Below, in pieces: positions 39,488 to 48,744 of a stretch of 64,000 nt of DNA (positions within the stretch are counted from its first letter, which is position 1; every line of letters starts with the position of its first letter). Made by a program: the position numbers and the translations under genes. Origin of the DNA: an uncultured Clostridia bacterium (GTDB taxonomy: Bacteria > Bacillota > Clostridia > Oscillospirales > Acutalibacteraceae); contig CAMEBF010000008.1 of the NCBI GenBank assembly GCA_945912145.1, positions 12,925-76,924 of the forward strand, given 5' to 3'. The notes beneath the pieces were generated by a model, which searched no databases, was not told the DNA's origin, and saw nothing but the letters and a program-made list of their open reading frames with translations.

Positions 39488-40345
39488 TTGGTTTTGATCT
39501 GCATAGAAAACGAACACTATACCGTTTCGGTCAATCCGCTCGGTGCGGAGCTTTCGGGCATTCGCGCCAAAGATGACGGGTATGAATACCTGTGGCAGGG
39601 CGATCCCACCGTCTGGAGCGGCCGTTCGCCGCTGCTCTTTCCCATCGTCGGCAGACTGAAACAGGACTGCTATACCTATCAGGGAACAACCTATCAACTG
39701 GAAAAACACGGCTTTGCCCGAAAGGAAATGTTTGAAATTGCAGAGCAGTCCGATTCTCTGGTGTCTCTGCGTTTTTCCGACCCGGAAAAATATGCGTCGG
39801 TCTATCCGTTCCGCTATGAGCTGACGGTCACCTTTGCGCTCGACGGAAAAAGCCTGATCGTGTCCCACCGGGTGACGAATCTCGACACATCGCCGATGTA
39901 TTTTTCTTTGGGCGCGCATCCCGGTTTCCATACGCATGAGGGCGCTTATCTCGAGTTTCCGCTGCCTGAAACCGTCATGGCGCAGCGTTTTGATGACGAT
40001 AAGATCATCCGTCCCGAACGCACGCCCTTTCTGAACGGCGAAAGGATTTTTCCCTTACAAAAACACACCTTTGATGACGACGCCTATGTGCTTGAGGGGC
40101 TCCGTTCGCCGTATGTGCGCGTGGTCGACCCGGCGGCAGGCAGAAGCGTGCGTGTCAGCTTCGGCAATGCGCCGTTCCTCGGGATCTGGGCAAAGCCCGG
40201 CGCGCCGTATGTCTGCATCGAGCCCTGGTGCGGGATTGACGACGACACAAAGCAAAGCGGCGTTCTCAAAGAAAAGAAAGGGATCGTAACCCTGAACGGC
40301 GGCGAGAATTTCGATTTTTCTTATGTCATTGAACCGATGGCGTAA
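39488..40345 (+). CDS. aldose 1-epimerase family protein
   Basis: 285 aa. ..LLFPIVGRL.. and ..FSLGAHPGF.. motifs. TTG start as tracked; the exact start is uncertain. Confidence 0.75.
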   Translation: MVLICIENEHYTVSVNPLGAELSGIRAKDDGYEYLWQGDPTVWSGRSPLLFPIVGRLKQDCYTYQGTTYQLEKHGFARKEMFEIAEQSDSLVSLRFSDPEKYASVYPFRYELTVTFALDGKSLIVSHRVTNLDTSPMYFSLGAHPGFHTHEGAYLEFPLPETVMAQRFDDDKIIRPERTPFLNGERIFPLQKHTFDDDAYVLEGLRSPYVRVVDPAAGRSVRVSFGNAPFLGIWAKPGAPYVCIEPWCGIDDDTKQSGVLKEKKGIVTLNGGENFDFSYVIEPMA

Positions 40346-40389
40346 GTCCGCCGCATACGGTAAAATATTTTTCAAAAGGGGAGTTGCTG

Positions 40390-41640
40390 ATGCTGCGTGA
40401 AAACGGTTCCAAACAGCAAACGATCAAAGAAAAAAACCGCGCTCTGGTGCTGCAATGCGTCCTGAACCGGCATATCATTTCCCGTGCGGAGATCGCTCGG
40501 CAGCTGGGGCTGACCAAAACGACGCTGACCAACATTGTAAGCGAGCTGATCGCCGACGGGATTTTAGAAGAATCCGACGCCGTGCCGATGCATGAGGAAG
40601 CTGTCGCCGCCGTCGGCCGAAAATCCATCGGTCTTACGCTTTCCCCGAATGCGCCGCTGATAGGCGGTGTGCTGATTCAGCGCGGCAATCTGCATGTGAT
40701 TCTGTCCGATTTGCAGGGAAAAATCCTGACCGACCGGAAGTATACCTACACCGGTCTGATTACGCCGACGGAATTCAGGAAGAATCTCAGAGAGCTGTAT
40801 TTCGCGGCGCGTGCCGAAAGCGACCGACCGTTGCTTGCGATCGGTATTGCCTGCGTCGGTCCTCTGAATATTCTGGACGGCACGATTCTGAATCCGCATC
40901 ATTTTTTCACGGAGCCGTTCGATTTTGATATTGTTTCGTTCTTTGCCTCCTTTACGCATCTGCCGGTGTACCTGTGTAACGACGCCACCGCCGGCGCGAT
41001 CGCGGAAAAGCTGTTCGGACTCGGACGCGATGAGGATAATTTTGTCTATATTTCCACCTTCAACGGCATCGGCGCCGGATTCTATCTGGACAACAAGCTC
41101 TATAACGGCGAGATCGGGCAGAACGGCGAACTTGGACATATGTCAATCAATTTTATGGGACCGAAGTGCGTCTGCGGCAACAACGGCTGTCTGGAGCTGT
41201 ACGCCGATATTCCGAACATTCTCCGGCATTATGACCATTTTCGGGAGTTCTTCCCGGAGCATCCGCTTTTCAAGGCGTGCGATCACACCATTCTCGATGT
41301 GCTGACGCTGATCGACGACGGCGACGTGCTGGCGATGGCGGTCATGAGCGACTATTGCCGCTATCTTGAATGCGCCGTTTCCAACCTGATGACGCAGCTG
41401 AATATCAATCTGGTCATTCTGGCAGGCTCGCCGAACACGACCAATCACTTTTTTGAGCACACGCTGATGCATATGATCAACAAAAAAACGGCGTCGGCAA
41501 GGGATCAGAGAATCCGCGTCGAAAAATCGCAATTCGGATTGGATTCTCCGCTTCCGGGAAGCGTCGGAATCGTCATTGATAAGATTTTTAACGGTGAAAT
41601 CTATCCGGGCACAGCCCCTAAGAAAGGAACAAACGCATGA
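40390..41640 (+). CDS. ROK-family transcriptional regulator
   Basis: N-terminal wHTH (ISRAEIARQLGLTKTTLTNIVSELI), a ROK sugar-binding body and CxCGxxGC. The ATG 7 nt after GGGGAG is preferred over the tracked TTG. Confidence 0.8.
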   Translation: MLRENGSKQQTIKEKNRALVLQCVLNRHIISRAEIARQLGLTKTTLTNIVSELIADGILEESDAVPMHEEAVAAVGRKSIGLTLSPNAPLIGGVLIQRGNLHVILSDLQGKILTDRKYTYTGLITPTEFRKNLRELYFAARAESDRPLLAIGIACVGPLNILDGTILNPHHFFTEPFDFDIVSFFASFTHLPVYLCNDATAGAIAEKLFGLGRDEDNFVYISTFNGIGAGFYLDNKLYNGEIGQNGELGHMSINFMGPKCVCGNNGCLELYADIPNILRHYDHFREFFPEHPLFKACDHTILDVLTLIDDGDVLAMAVMSDYCRYLECAVSNLMTQLNINLVILAGSPNTTNHFFEHTLMHMINKKTASARDQRIRVEKSQFGLDSPLPGSVGIVIDKIFNGEIYPGTAPKKGTNA

Positions 41641-42440
41641 ATACAATCGAGATCCGGGAACTTTCGGCAGAGCATACGCCGGTCAAGGTCGCTATTTTTG
41701 ATTTTGACGGTACGATTTCCACCCTGCGTTGCGGTTGGGAACAGATCATGGAAAAGGTGATGCTGCGCCGTCTTGCGCCCTCCGGTCTGCCCGAAGAAGA
41801 GCTGCTGACGCTCATCCGGGCGTATATCGAAGAATCCACCGGCATTCAGACGATCTTTCAGATGGAGTGGCTCGCCGAACAGGTGAAGAAGCTCTGCGGT
41901 ACCGAACCGCTTGACCCGTGGGTGTATAAAGATGAATACAACGAAGAGCTGCTGAACATGGTGAACGACCGCATCCGCCGACTGGAAAACGGCGAAGCGA
42001 AGCCCGACGAGTTTCTGGTCAGAGGCAGCCGCCGCTTTCTGGAGCTGCTTGCCGCGCAGGGAATCGAGATTTATATCGCCAGCGGCACCGACGACGTCGA
42101 TCTGCAGCGGGAAGCCGCATTGCTTGCTGTCACGCCGATGGTAAAGGGGATCAAGGGCGCGCCGCACCGCAGAAAGGATTGCTCCAAGGAAGCTGTCATC
42201 AAGGAACTGGTGGAGACGCGGCATCTTTCGGGCAGGGAGCTGCTCGTCGTCGGCGACGGCAAGGTCGAGATCATGCTCGGCAATGAAGTCGGCGCCGTCA
42301 CAGTCGGTGTCGCGACCCGTGAAATCAACATGGACGGCACGTTCCACCCGAAAAAGCTCGTCAAGCTGCGTCAGGCGCAGGCCGATTATATCGTCGCCGA
42401 TTTCGACGCGCTGATCTACCAATGGGAAGTTGACGGTTGA
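41637..42440 (+). CDS. HAD-superfamily hydrolase
   Basis: Motif I, IFDFDGT. ATGA overlap with the ROK regulator gene. Confidence 0.8.
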   Translation: MNTIEIRELSAEHTPVKVAIFDFDGTISTLRCGWEQIMEKVMLRRLAPSGLPEEELLTLIRAYIEESTGIQTIFQMEWLAEQVKKLCGTEPLDPWVYKDEYNEELLNMVNDRIRRLENGEAKPDEFLVRGSRRFLELLAAQGIEIYIASGTDDVDLQREAALLAVTPMVKGIKGAPHRRKDCSKEAVIKELVETRHLSGRELLVVGDGKVEIMLGNEVGAVTVGVATREINMDGTFHPKKLVKLRQAQADYIVADFDALIYQWEVDG

Positions 42441-42519
42441 TTTTCGCATGGTGCCGAGCAGATCCGGAAGGACCTGCAAACGGCGACGGAAAATGATCAG
42501 CAATAAAGGAGATTTTGCA

Positions 42520-43092
42520 ATGGAAGACAACACCCTTTTTGAAGAATACCGTGGATACAAACCGCAGGACTTCAACGGTGTTCTGGTTATTCTGCGTGAG
42601 CCCAATGCAAGCGATTCAGGGGGAAAACTGCCTGCGGACAGGGCTTACGAGTGGATTGAAAAGGTATTGTCCCGCGATGATATGTGGGAGGGGATTCAGC
42701 AAGCGAAAGACAAACGTGCCGTCAGCCGTTACCGGCATTTCTTTGAAAAATTGCTAAGACAGGTCTTTTCCGGCAAAAAAGACCGGTATCACATCGCGTT
42801 CGATAATATCATTCCGGATCAAGGCGGGAAAAACGCATCGAAGGAATACCGGCAATATCAGTATTTCCCGGAAAGAGTGAAACGCATCGTCGATACCATC
42901 GGACCGCAGTATGTGTTCTTGTGCGCCGACGTTTATGACAAAATAAAAGAACCCGGGGACAAGGAAACCCCCGGCGTCATTTATGACAATAAAACCTTGC
43001 GTTGCTTCAGCCGCGACGGTGTTACGTATTACGCAATCTATCATCCCTGCGCGCATATCTCGATCGGAAGCCCTGCTGGTTCGGATTTATAA
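42520..43092 (+). CDS. hypothetical protein
   Basis: 190 aa from MEDNTLFEEY (AAAGGAG RBS). I recognise no motif. The last ~9 codons and the stop lie inside a repeat-element fragment. Confidence 0.6.
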   Translation: MEDNTLFEEYRGYKPQDFNGVLVILREPNASDSGGKLPADRAYEWIEKVLSRDDMWEGIQQAKDKRAVSRYRHFFEKLLRQVFSGKKDRYHIAFDNIIPDQGGKNASKEYRQYQYFPERVKRIVDTIGPQYVFLCADVYDKIKEPGDKETPGVIYDNKTLRCFSRDGVTYYAIYHPCAHISIGSPAGSDL

Positions 43093-43096
43093 AAAA
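43064..43096 (+). repeat. terminal fragment of the mini-hairpin-array repeat
   Basis: TCGGAAGCCCTGCTGGTTCGGATTTATAAAAAA, compared with copy A end TTCGGAAGCCCTGCGGGGTTGGATTTATAAAAAA. Confidence 0.75.
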
Positions 43097-43194
43097 CTTG
43101 CGGCGTTCATACATTTTTATTGAATCATTTATGATAATCTTAGAGCCATAGCTCCGGGGAGTTATGGCTCTGGTTTATAACTGCAAGTATGAAC

Positions 43195-44478
43195 TTAGTC
43201 TTTCAATGCGGTAATCGGAACAACAAATACGCCGTCATCACGCATATAGGCGGCATTGGCCAGACCGCAGATGACGCATAAAACACCGGGAGCAATACCA
43301 CCGTCATTTTCAATGGATTTCTTGAGCTGAATCAGGCTTTCAGCGGCATTGTCAATCTGGTTCGCGCCGAGTTTGATTTCAAATGCGCACCATCTTCCGT
43401 CTTCCAGCTCTATTACTGCGTCGATTTCCCTGTTTGCGTAATCCTGATAGTGATACAGTTTCGCATTGAAGGCCTCGGCATAAATACGCAAATCTCTTTC
43501 ACAAAGAGCTTCAAATAAGAATCCGAGTGTTTCTAAATCGTTCAGCAGACGGTTTGGTTTTGCTTTCAGCAAAGCGCAGGCAAGCGACGGGTCAACGAAG
43601 TGTCTTTTTTCTGCCTGCTTTAAACGGGTGGAAGAGCGTATATTGGCGGCAAAAGGCGGCTGATTATCCAATAAGAACAGCCTTGTAAAGATATCCAGAT
43701 AGACCGCGATTGTGTCGGTGTCAATGTCTTCATCGTCAATCGCCTTAATATCTTTTTTTAAGGTTTTGTTCGTTACGGTTGTGCTTTCGTTTCGGGCAAG
43801 GGATTTTAATAACAGATTCATTTTTGAATAATCTCTTTTGATGCCGTCAACACGGTATATGTCATCTTCAATAACGGCTTTCAGGTATTCGTCCGGTAAA
43901 AGACCGGCCTGCGCGGCAGGAGTATCGAGATTTCCCGGCCAACCTCCCCTGTAAATCAGTTCGGCGATTGTGTGTAAATCAACCTCACCTGTCATGGAAG
44001 CTGTTATTTTTCCCTCACATAACTCTTTCAGGGAAACCCTTCCTGAAGAATGCCCGGATTCATAAAGTGACATGGGGCGCATTCTGAGTCTTGCGATGCG
44101 GCCTGCTCCGCTGTGCAGAATGCCTTTATGATTCGGCGTTGCAGAGCCCGTCAGGATATATTGCCCTTTTTCACTTTTTTGATCAACCTTATGGCGTACA
44201 GCATCCCAGATCGGCGGTACTTCCTGCCATTCGTCAATCAGTCTCGGCGTGGCGCCTTCCAGTACAAGAGAAGGCGCCATTTCGGCAAGGCGTCTGTTCT
44301 GAAAGTTGCCTTCCGGATCTCCGAGCATGATTTCACTCTTGCTGTGATAGGACGAAGACCATGTTTTTCCGCACCATTTGGGTCCCTCAATGCAAACAGC
44401 TCCGAATATGGATAAGTATTCCTCAATCTTTTTGTCTATGATCCGGGGCTTATATTCATCTTGATTCATTTGCTTCAC
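43195..44478 (-). CDS. AAA+ ATPase of the AAA_14/DUF4143 type
   Basis: 427 aa. Walker A-like GPKWCGKT, ..RLIDEWQ.. and a C-terminal ..WCAFEIK.. restriction-endonuclease-like tail typical of this family. Confidence 0.75.
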   Translation of the reverse strand: MKQMNQDEYKPRIIDKKIEEYLSIFGAVCIEGPKWCGKTWSSSYHSKSEIMLGDPEGNFQNRRLAEMAPSLVLEGATPRLIDEWQEVPPIWDAVRHKVDQKSEKGQYILTGSATPNHKGILHSGAGRIARLRMRPMSLYESGHSSGRVSLKELCEGKITASMTGEVDLHTIAELIYRGGWPGNLDTPAAQAGLLPDEYLKAVIEDDIYRVDGIKRDYSKMNLLLKSLARNESTTVTNKTLKKDIKAIDDEDIDTDTIAVYLDIFTRLFLLDNQPPFAANIRSSTRLKQAEKRHFVDPSLACALLKAKPNRLLNDLETLGFLFEALCERDLRIYAEAFNAKLYHYQDYANREIDAVIELEDGRWCAFEIKLGANQIDNAAESLIQLKKSIENDGGIAPGVLCVICGLANAAYMRDDGVFVVPITALKD

Positions 44479-44523
44479 CGCCTCGTATCTATTATAACCC
44501 GATTTTCCTGATTATGCAACCCT

Positions 44524-44616
44524 AACCGGTCAGATTTTGCATTTTCAATCGGTCAGATTTTAAGTTTTTAATCGGTCAGATTTTGAATTTTCAATCGGTC
44601 TGATTTTTATTTTCGG
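44524..44616. repeat. four tandem 23-bp direct repeats
   Basis: AA(C/T)CGGTCAGATTTTnnaTTTTC x4 (the last copy is degenerate). They lie 46-138 nt upstream of the ATPase ATG. Confidence 0.9.
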
Positions 44617-44654
44617 ACAAAGTGAAACAAAATGCGGGAGTATTCATACTGCTT

Positions 44655-46652
44655 TTATCGTTTCTTTTCGAGCATCAGCACGTCGTAGGCGTCCAGCATC
44701 ACGGTGCTGTCGAGAATTTTTCCTGTCAGCTCGTCTTTCATCGGGCTTTCGAGCCGGACGGCAACGGGACGGTCTTTCATATTGATAGCGAAAATGTATT
44801 CGCATTCGTCGCATTGTCTCGAGGAGACGAGCACGCCGTCGTCGACATCCAGCAACGGCTTGATATTGAATTCATTTCTGACAAGTCTTGCCAATGCCTC
44901 ATAAAAGAGCATATCATTGCCGTCCGTCGCGTAGAGAACGGCGAAGCCCTTGCCGTAAGGAGCAATCGTCACCGCAGGCGTGCCGTTCAGTCGCCCGTTC
45001 GTATAAAGAGCCGCCGGTTTGGCACCTGTGAGTGTCAGACGGAACAGCTTGTCGTTTGCCGTGACCTTTTCGCCGTCAGGGAAAGCGATCTCACACGGTT
45101 CTCCCGTCTGGCGGGAGAGCTTTTGAGCCGTAATGTTTTCCGTGACCTTCGCGCCGCACAGTTCGGCAAAAAGACCCGGCTCGAGCATCTCGCGCATCCG
45201 GTTGTATTCATCCCGTGTGCCGCATTCCGTATTCATCACCACGATGCCGCCGCCGAGCACAAATGACTTGATTTTCTCTGCCTGCTCCGGCGTTGTGATC
45301 CGGTGATCCGGCATCACGAGCACCCTGTAGGGCGACAGGTCGTCCCCGATGCCGATGACGTCCACATTCGTGGCAAGCACGTTTTTGAAGCCGCCGTAGG
45401 CGTTGAAGAATTCCTCGTCATAGGGGCCGTCGACCACCCAGTCCTCGGAGCCCCAGCTGTTTTCATAGGAATAAACGGCGGCAATCTCCGAAACGGTTTT
45501 CGACTTCGCGAATTTGGGGTAATGCTCTTTAAGCTCCGCCGCAAGCTTGCGGAGGACGGGTTCGGTGTTTGTGCGGTATTGCTTATCCCTGCCGAGAATG
45601 CTCTCATACGCCTGTTCCGCGCCGCCGATGGGGGAACGCCATTCAAAGAAAACGGTCGCGAACGCGCCGTGCGAGACATTCAGCCAGGTTTGCGCTCTCA
45701 TGACCGAAGCCGGCGTGTTGGCGTCGGGCAACGGCGTTTGCTCGGCAACGAGGAACTGATGTTTGCCGCAGGAAAGACGCCGGTCAAAGCTGTGCTCCAT
45801 GCTGGCGCGGAGCTGCACACGGTAGTTTTCGCCGTTCGGCTGCGGAACATAGTTGTCCCATGCTGCGTAATCGAGATAATCGCTGCCCTCAAAGCAGTCA
45901 ACCGACCAGTTCGCACCGGGCCAGTTCGTGTACAGAAAACGGTTCGGCGAATGACGGCGGACGATTTCGGCCTCCATGCGCAGCAGGCGGTGAAAGGTGA
46001 ACGAAAAATATTTCCGGTAATCGAGCTGAATTTCCTTTGTCCAACCGCCCTCACAGGCGTTGACGGGAATGTCGATTTCCTCAAAGCTGTTATAGACATT
46101 CGACCACATCATCGTGCACCATGCCTCGTTGAGCTTCTCGATCGTACCGTATTTTTCTTCGAGCCAGAGACGGAAGCCCTTTGTGCAGCAGGGGTCAAAA
46201 TCGTAAAACGGAAAGCCCGGTTCGTTGTCGAGCTGCCAGCCGATCACGGCAGGGTGATTGCCCAGAGCTTTGGCCTCGGCGTCGGTGATCTTTGCGGCGT
46301 AGTCGAGAAAAATCTCACTCGAAAGGCATTGACCCTTGCGACCGCCGAAGTCGTAGCGTCCCTTGGCGTTGCCGCCTTTGACCTCGGGATGTTTTTTGTA
46401 AAGCCACGCGGGACAGATCGCCGTGACGGTTCCCATGATAACCTTGATGCCGTGTTTTTCGGCGCAGTCCAATGCCCGGAGCATCGGCTCAAAATGATAT
46501 TCGCCTTCACGCGGCTCAAACCAGCTCCACGCAAATTCGCCCATGCGCACGACATTAAAGCCGAGCGCCTCCATTTTTGCAAAATCCTCTTCCCATTCCT
46601 CTTCGCGCCACCATTCGGGGTAGTAGGACGCTCCGAGCCTGAATTGTTCCAT
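44655..46652 (-). CDS. GH42 beta-galactosidase
   Basis: MEQFRLGASYYPEWW..FNVVRMGEFAWSWFEPREGEYHF. The start is set at the ATG with a GGAGG RBS; the tracked ORF begins 12 codons earlier. Confidence 0.9.
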   Translation of the reverse strand: MEQFRLGASYYPEWWREEEWEEDFAKMEALGFNVVRMGEFAWSWFEPREGEYHFEPMLRALDCAEKHGIKVIMGTVTAICPAWLYKKHPEVKGGNAKGRYDFGGRKGQCLSSEIFLDYAAKITDAEAKALGNHPAVIGWQLDNEPGFPFYDFDPCCTKGFRLWLEEKYGTIEKLNEAWCTMMWSNVYNSFEEIDIPVNACEGGWTKEIQLDYRKYFSFTFHRLLRMEAEIVRRHSPNRFLYTNWPGANWSVDCFEGSDYLDYAAWDNYVPQPNGENYRVQLRASMEHSFDRRLSCGKHQFLVAEQTPLPDANTPASVMRAQTWLNVSHGAFATVFFEWRSPIGGAEQAYESILGRDKQYRTNTEPVLRKLAAELKEHYPKFAKSKTVSEIAAVYSYENSWGSEDWVVDGPYDEEFFNAYGGFKNVLATNVDVIGIGDDLSPYRVLVMPDHRITTPEQAEKIKSFVLGGGIVVMNTECGTRDEYNRMREMLEPGLFAELCGAKVTENITAQKLSRQTGEPCEIAFPDGEKVTANDKLFRLTLTGAKPAALYTNGRLNGTPAVTIAPYGKGFAVLYATDGNDMLFYEALARLVRNEFNIKPLLDVDDGVLVSSRQCDECEYIFAINMKDRPVAVRLESPMKDELTGKILDSTVMLDAYDVLMLEKKR

Positions 46653-46855
46653 AAAGAACCTCCGATTTTTTTCTTTTTTCGATAGCATTATAGCATCAGC
46701 ATGCTATGCTTTTCAAGTCAGAAAAGAAAAATAATGCGGCGAAATTGAATGTTTTTCACAAAAATAAGCAATTCAATGCAAAAAGAATTGACAATTATGA
46801 CCGATTATGTTAATCTGAAATTAGAAAAATAAATTCTGCGAACGGAGGCGGCAAC

Positions 46856-47362
46856 ATGAAAAAATTCCTTTCTCTTCTGATGTCGGTGCTCCTTGTGTTT
46901 TCTGCGGCGTCAGTTTTTCCGATGGCGCAGGCGGCGCAGGGACGGGAGTATTATATTGACAGCGAAAACGGCGACGACACGTCGGATGGCGGCATGTATG
47001 ACCCGTGGAGAACGACGGCGAATCTTGAGGGACTGTCTCTTGAAGCCGGCGATAAAATCCTCTTCAAGCGCGGCGGCAGCTATCCTTGCGAGCTGACGCT
47101 GACTTGTGAGGGGACACCGGAAAACCCGATTGTGATCTCCTCCTACGGCGACGGATATGAAATCCCCGGGGACGGCTGTACGCAGGATTTCTTCGGAAAT
47201 CCGATTACAAGCAACAATATCGGCTGCTGCGGCGGCTCGGGAGAAAACGGACTCTATCAGGAAGAAGATATTTTCACTGGAATCATTCGCATTGTCCGTC
47301 AGATATTCTGTAGACTCAAGGTTGAAGTCGGAAAGCTGATCGACGATATTCGAAAAAAATAA
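46856..47362 (+). CDS. small secreted protein: beta-helix N-cap fused to an amphipathic C-terminal tail (possible deletion derivative)
   Basis: Signal peptide ..FPMAQAAQG. YYIDSENGDDTSDG..PWRT..LEAGDKILFKRGGSY resembles the first ~100 aa of large beta-helix proteins, but the ORF ends at 168 aa. Confidence 0.55.
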   Translation: MKKFLSLLMSVLLVFSAASVFPMAQAAQGREYYIDSENGDDTSDGGMYDPWRTTANLEGLSLEAGDKILFKRGGSYPCELTLTCEGTPENPIVISSYGDGYEIPGDGCTQDFFGNPITSNNIGCCGGSGENGLYQEEDIFTGIIRIVRQIFCRLKVEVGKLIDDIRKK

Positions 47363-47472
47363 ACAACAAAAGCGAACGGTGAATCAAAAGCCGGATCGTA
47401 TCCTTGCAGAAAAGCCGCAGATGACGCAGTACAGCCATTTGCGGCTTAATTATGTGGTGGGTCAACTTTTCG

Positions 47473-47501
47473 TTGCATATTGCGTATTTGTATGATATAA
47501 T
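47473..47501 (+). promoter_or_regulatory. sigma-70-type promoter
   Basis: TTGCAT, 17 nt, TATAAT. Confidence 0.6.
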
Positions 47502-47606
47502 ATTATTTAATCTGTCGGTTTTTGTGAGATGTGATGAGGTCATTTGCGGAGTATCCTTCTCAAGAGAACGCGACAGCATAACAGTTTCAGTCTGGAGGCA
47601 ACCGAG

Positions 47607-48626
47607 ATGAATGACGATCAGGAAAAAACGGCCCGGGACAACGGGTATTGTGCGTCGGATTCGCATGATTTTGTTTGCATATCCGAAGAGAACGGCAACA
47701 CCCACTACAAGTGCGCAAAGTGCGGACTTGAATTTACTTCAAATTTTCTTTCACGATATGATTTTTACAAAACTTTTTTCGGCAGTTATTTCGATAACAC
47801 TTCGTACGTATGGCATCCGGAGGATATGCAGCCGGCGCAGATCCGGAAGTTCGGTGTTTCATTCGGAAATCTTCCGGTAAAGAATATTTCTTATGAAGAC
47901 GGTTTTGTTACGAATCAGAACTCCATAAATTTCAGCCGGGACGGAGGATTGGACTATCCGGACAGATATTTTGATCCGAACAAATCCCGTCTGGATGAAC
48001 AGCAGATCGCCGCTTTATATCAATGTCTGGACGGCATTCAGCTGGAAACATGGAAAAGCGATCCGGGTCAATTTGAGATGTATTCATACTGCGGCTATTT
48101 TCATGCAGAATCCTTCGTCTGTACATTTGACAACGGAAGAAAATTCATCTGCAATGCCCCCGAGGATTCCGATGGCTTTCATAAACTGACGGTCTTTCTA
48201 TCGAAATTATGCAGATCGCAGGGAATGGATATATACAGCTACGATCCTGTACCGATGAAGCCTATCCAAAACCAAAAAAACGGTTTGCCGCTTTCCGAGA
48301 GAATCAAGTTGGCTGTTTCCGGCGGGATCGCTTCTTTGCAGGAGCGCCGGAGAATGAAAAGGCTCCGCAAAACTGCCGATGTCAATGATCATTCTGAACC
48401 GTCACAACAACCGGCGCAGGCTGTTGTGACGGCTTGCTGTGGCGTTACCGTGCGGGAGAATTCGTCCTACTGCCCGGAATGCGGAAAAAGAATTGAGGAC
48501 AAAGAGAATCTGCCACATATGGAGATTGCAGACGAATTCGATGATACATTGTGGCTTTGTTCTTGCGGCACGGGCAATGATTTTCAGTATTCATATTGTG
48601 TGAATTGCGGAAAAAAGAGGAGTTGA
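47607..48626 (+). CDS. hypothetical protein with N- and C-terminal zinc ribbons
   Basis: Starts MNDDQEKT after GGAGG. YKCAKCG near the N-terminus. C-terminal SYCPECGKRI and WLCSCGTGNDFQYSYCVNCGKKRS. Confidence 0.65.
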   Translation: MNDDQEKTARDNGYCASDSHDFVCISEENGNTHYKCAKCGLEFTSNFLSRYDFYKTFFGSYFDNTSYVWHPEDMQPAQIRKFGVSFGNLPVKNISYEDGFVTNQNSINFSRDGGLDYPDRYFDPNKSRLDEQQIAALYQCLDGIQLETWKSDPGQFEMYSYCGYFHAESFVCTFDNGRKFICNAPEDSDGFHKLTVFLSKLCRSQGMDIYSYDPVPMKPIQNQKNGLPLSERIKLAVSGGIASLQERRRMKRLRKTADVNDHSEPSQQPAQAVVTACCGVTVRENSSYCPECGKRIEDKENLPHMEIADEFDDTLWLCSCGTGNDFQYSYCVNCGKKRS

Positions 48627-48744
48627 GGCAGTGGATAAATGCCGGATGTCATTTTTTGTCTTCTTGTCGTGACACAAAATGAAAAGTTCACAAAAGACCG
48701 TACCTGAGCAGAATCGGCTCTGACGGAAGAGGGGAGGATGGGAC

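Noticed and set aside
43195-44478. The AAA+ ATPase as an IS21 IstB-like transposition helper, which would have marked a mobile element.
   Set aside because: The sequence pattern fits the AAA_14/DUF4143 family. There is no adjacent IstA-like transposase, and the neighbouring repeats are tandem direct repeats rather than terminal inverted repeats.
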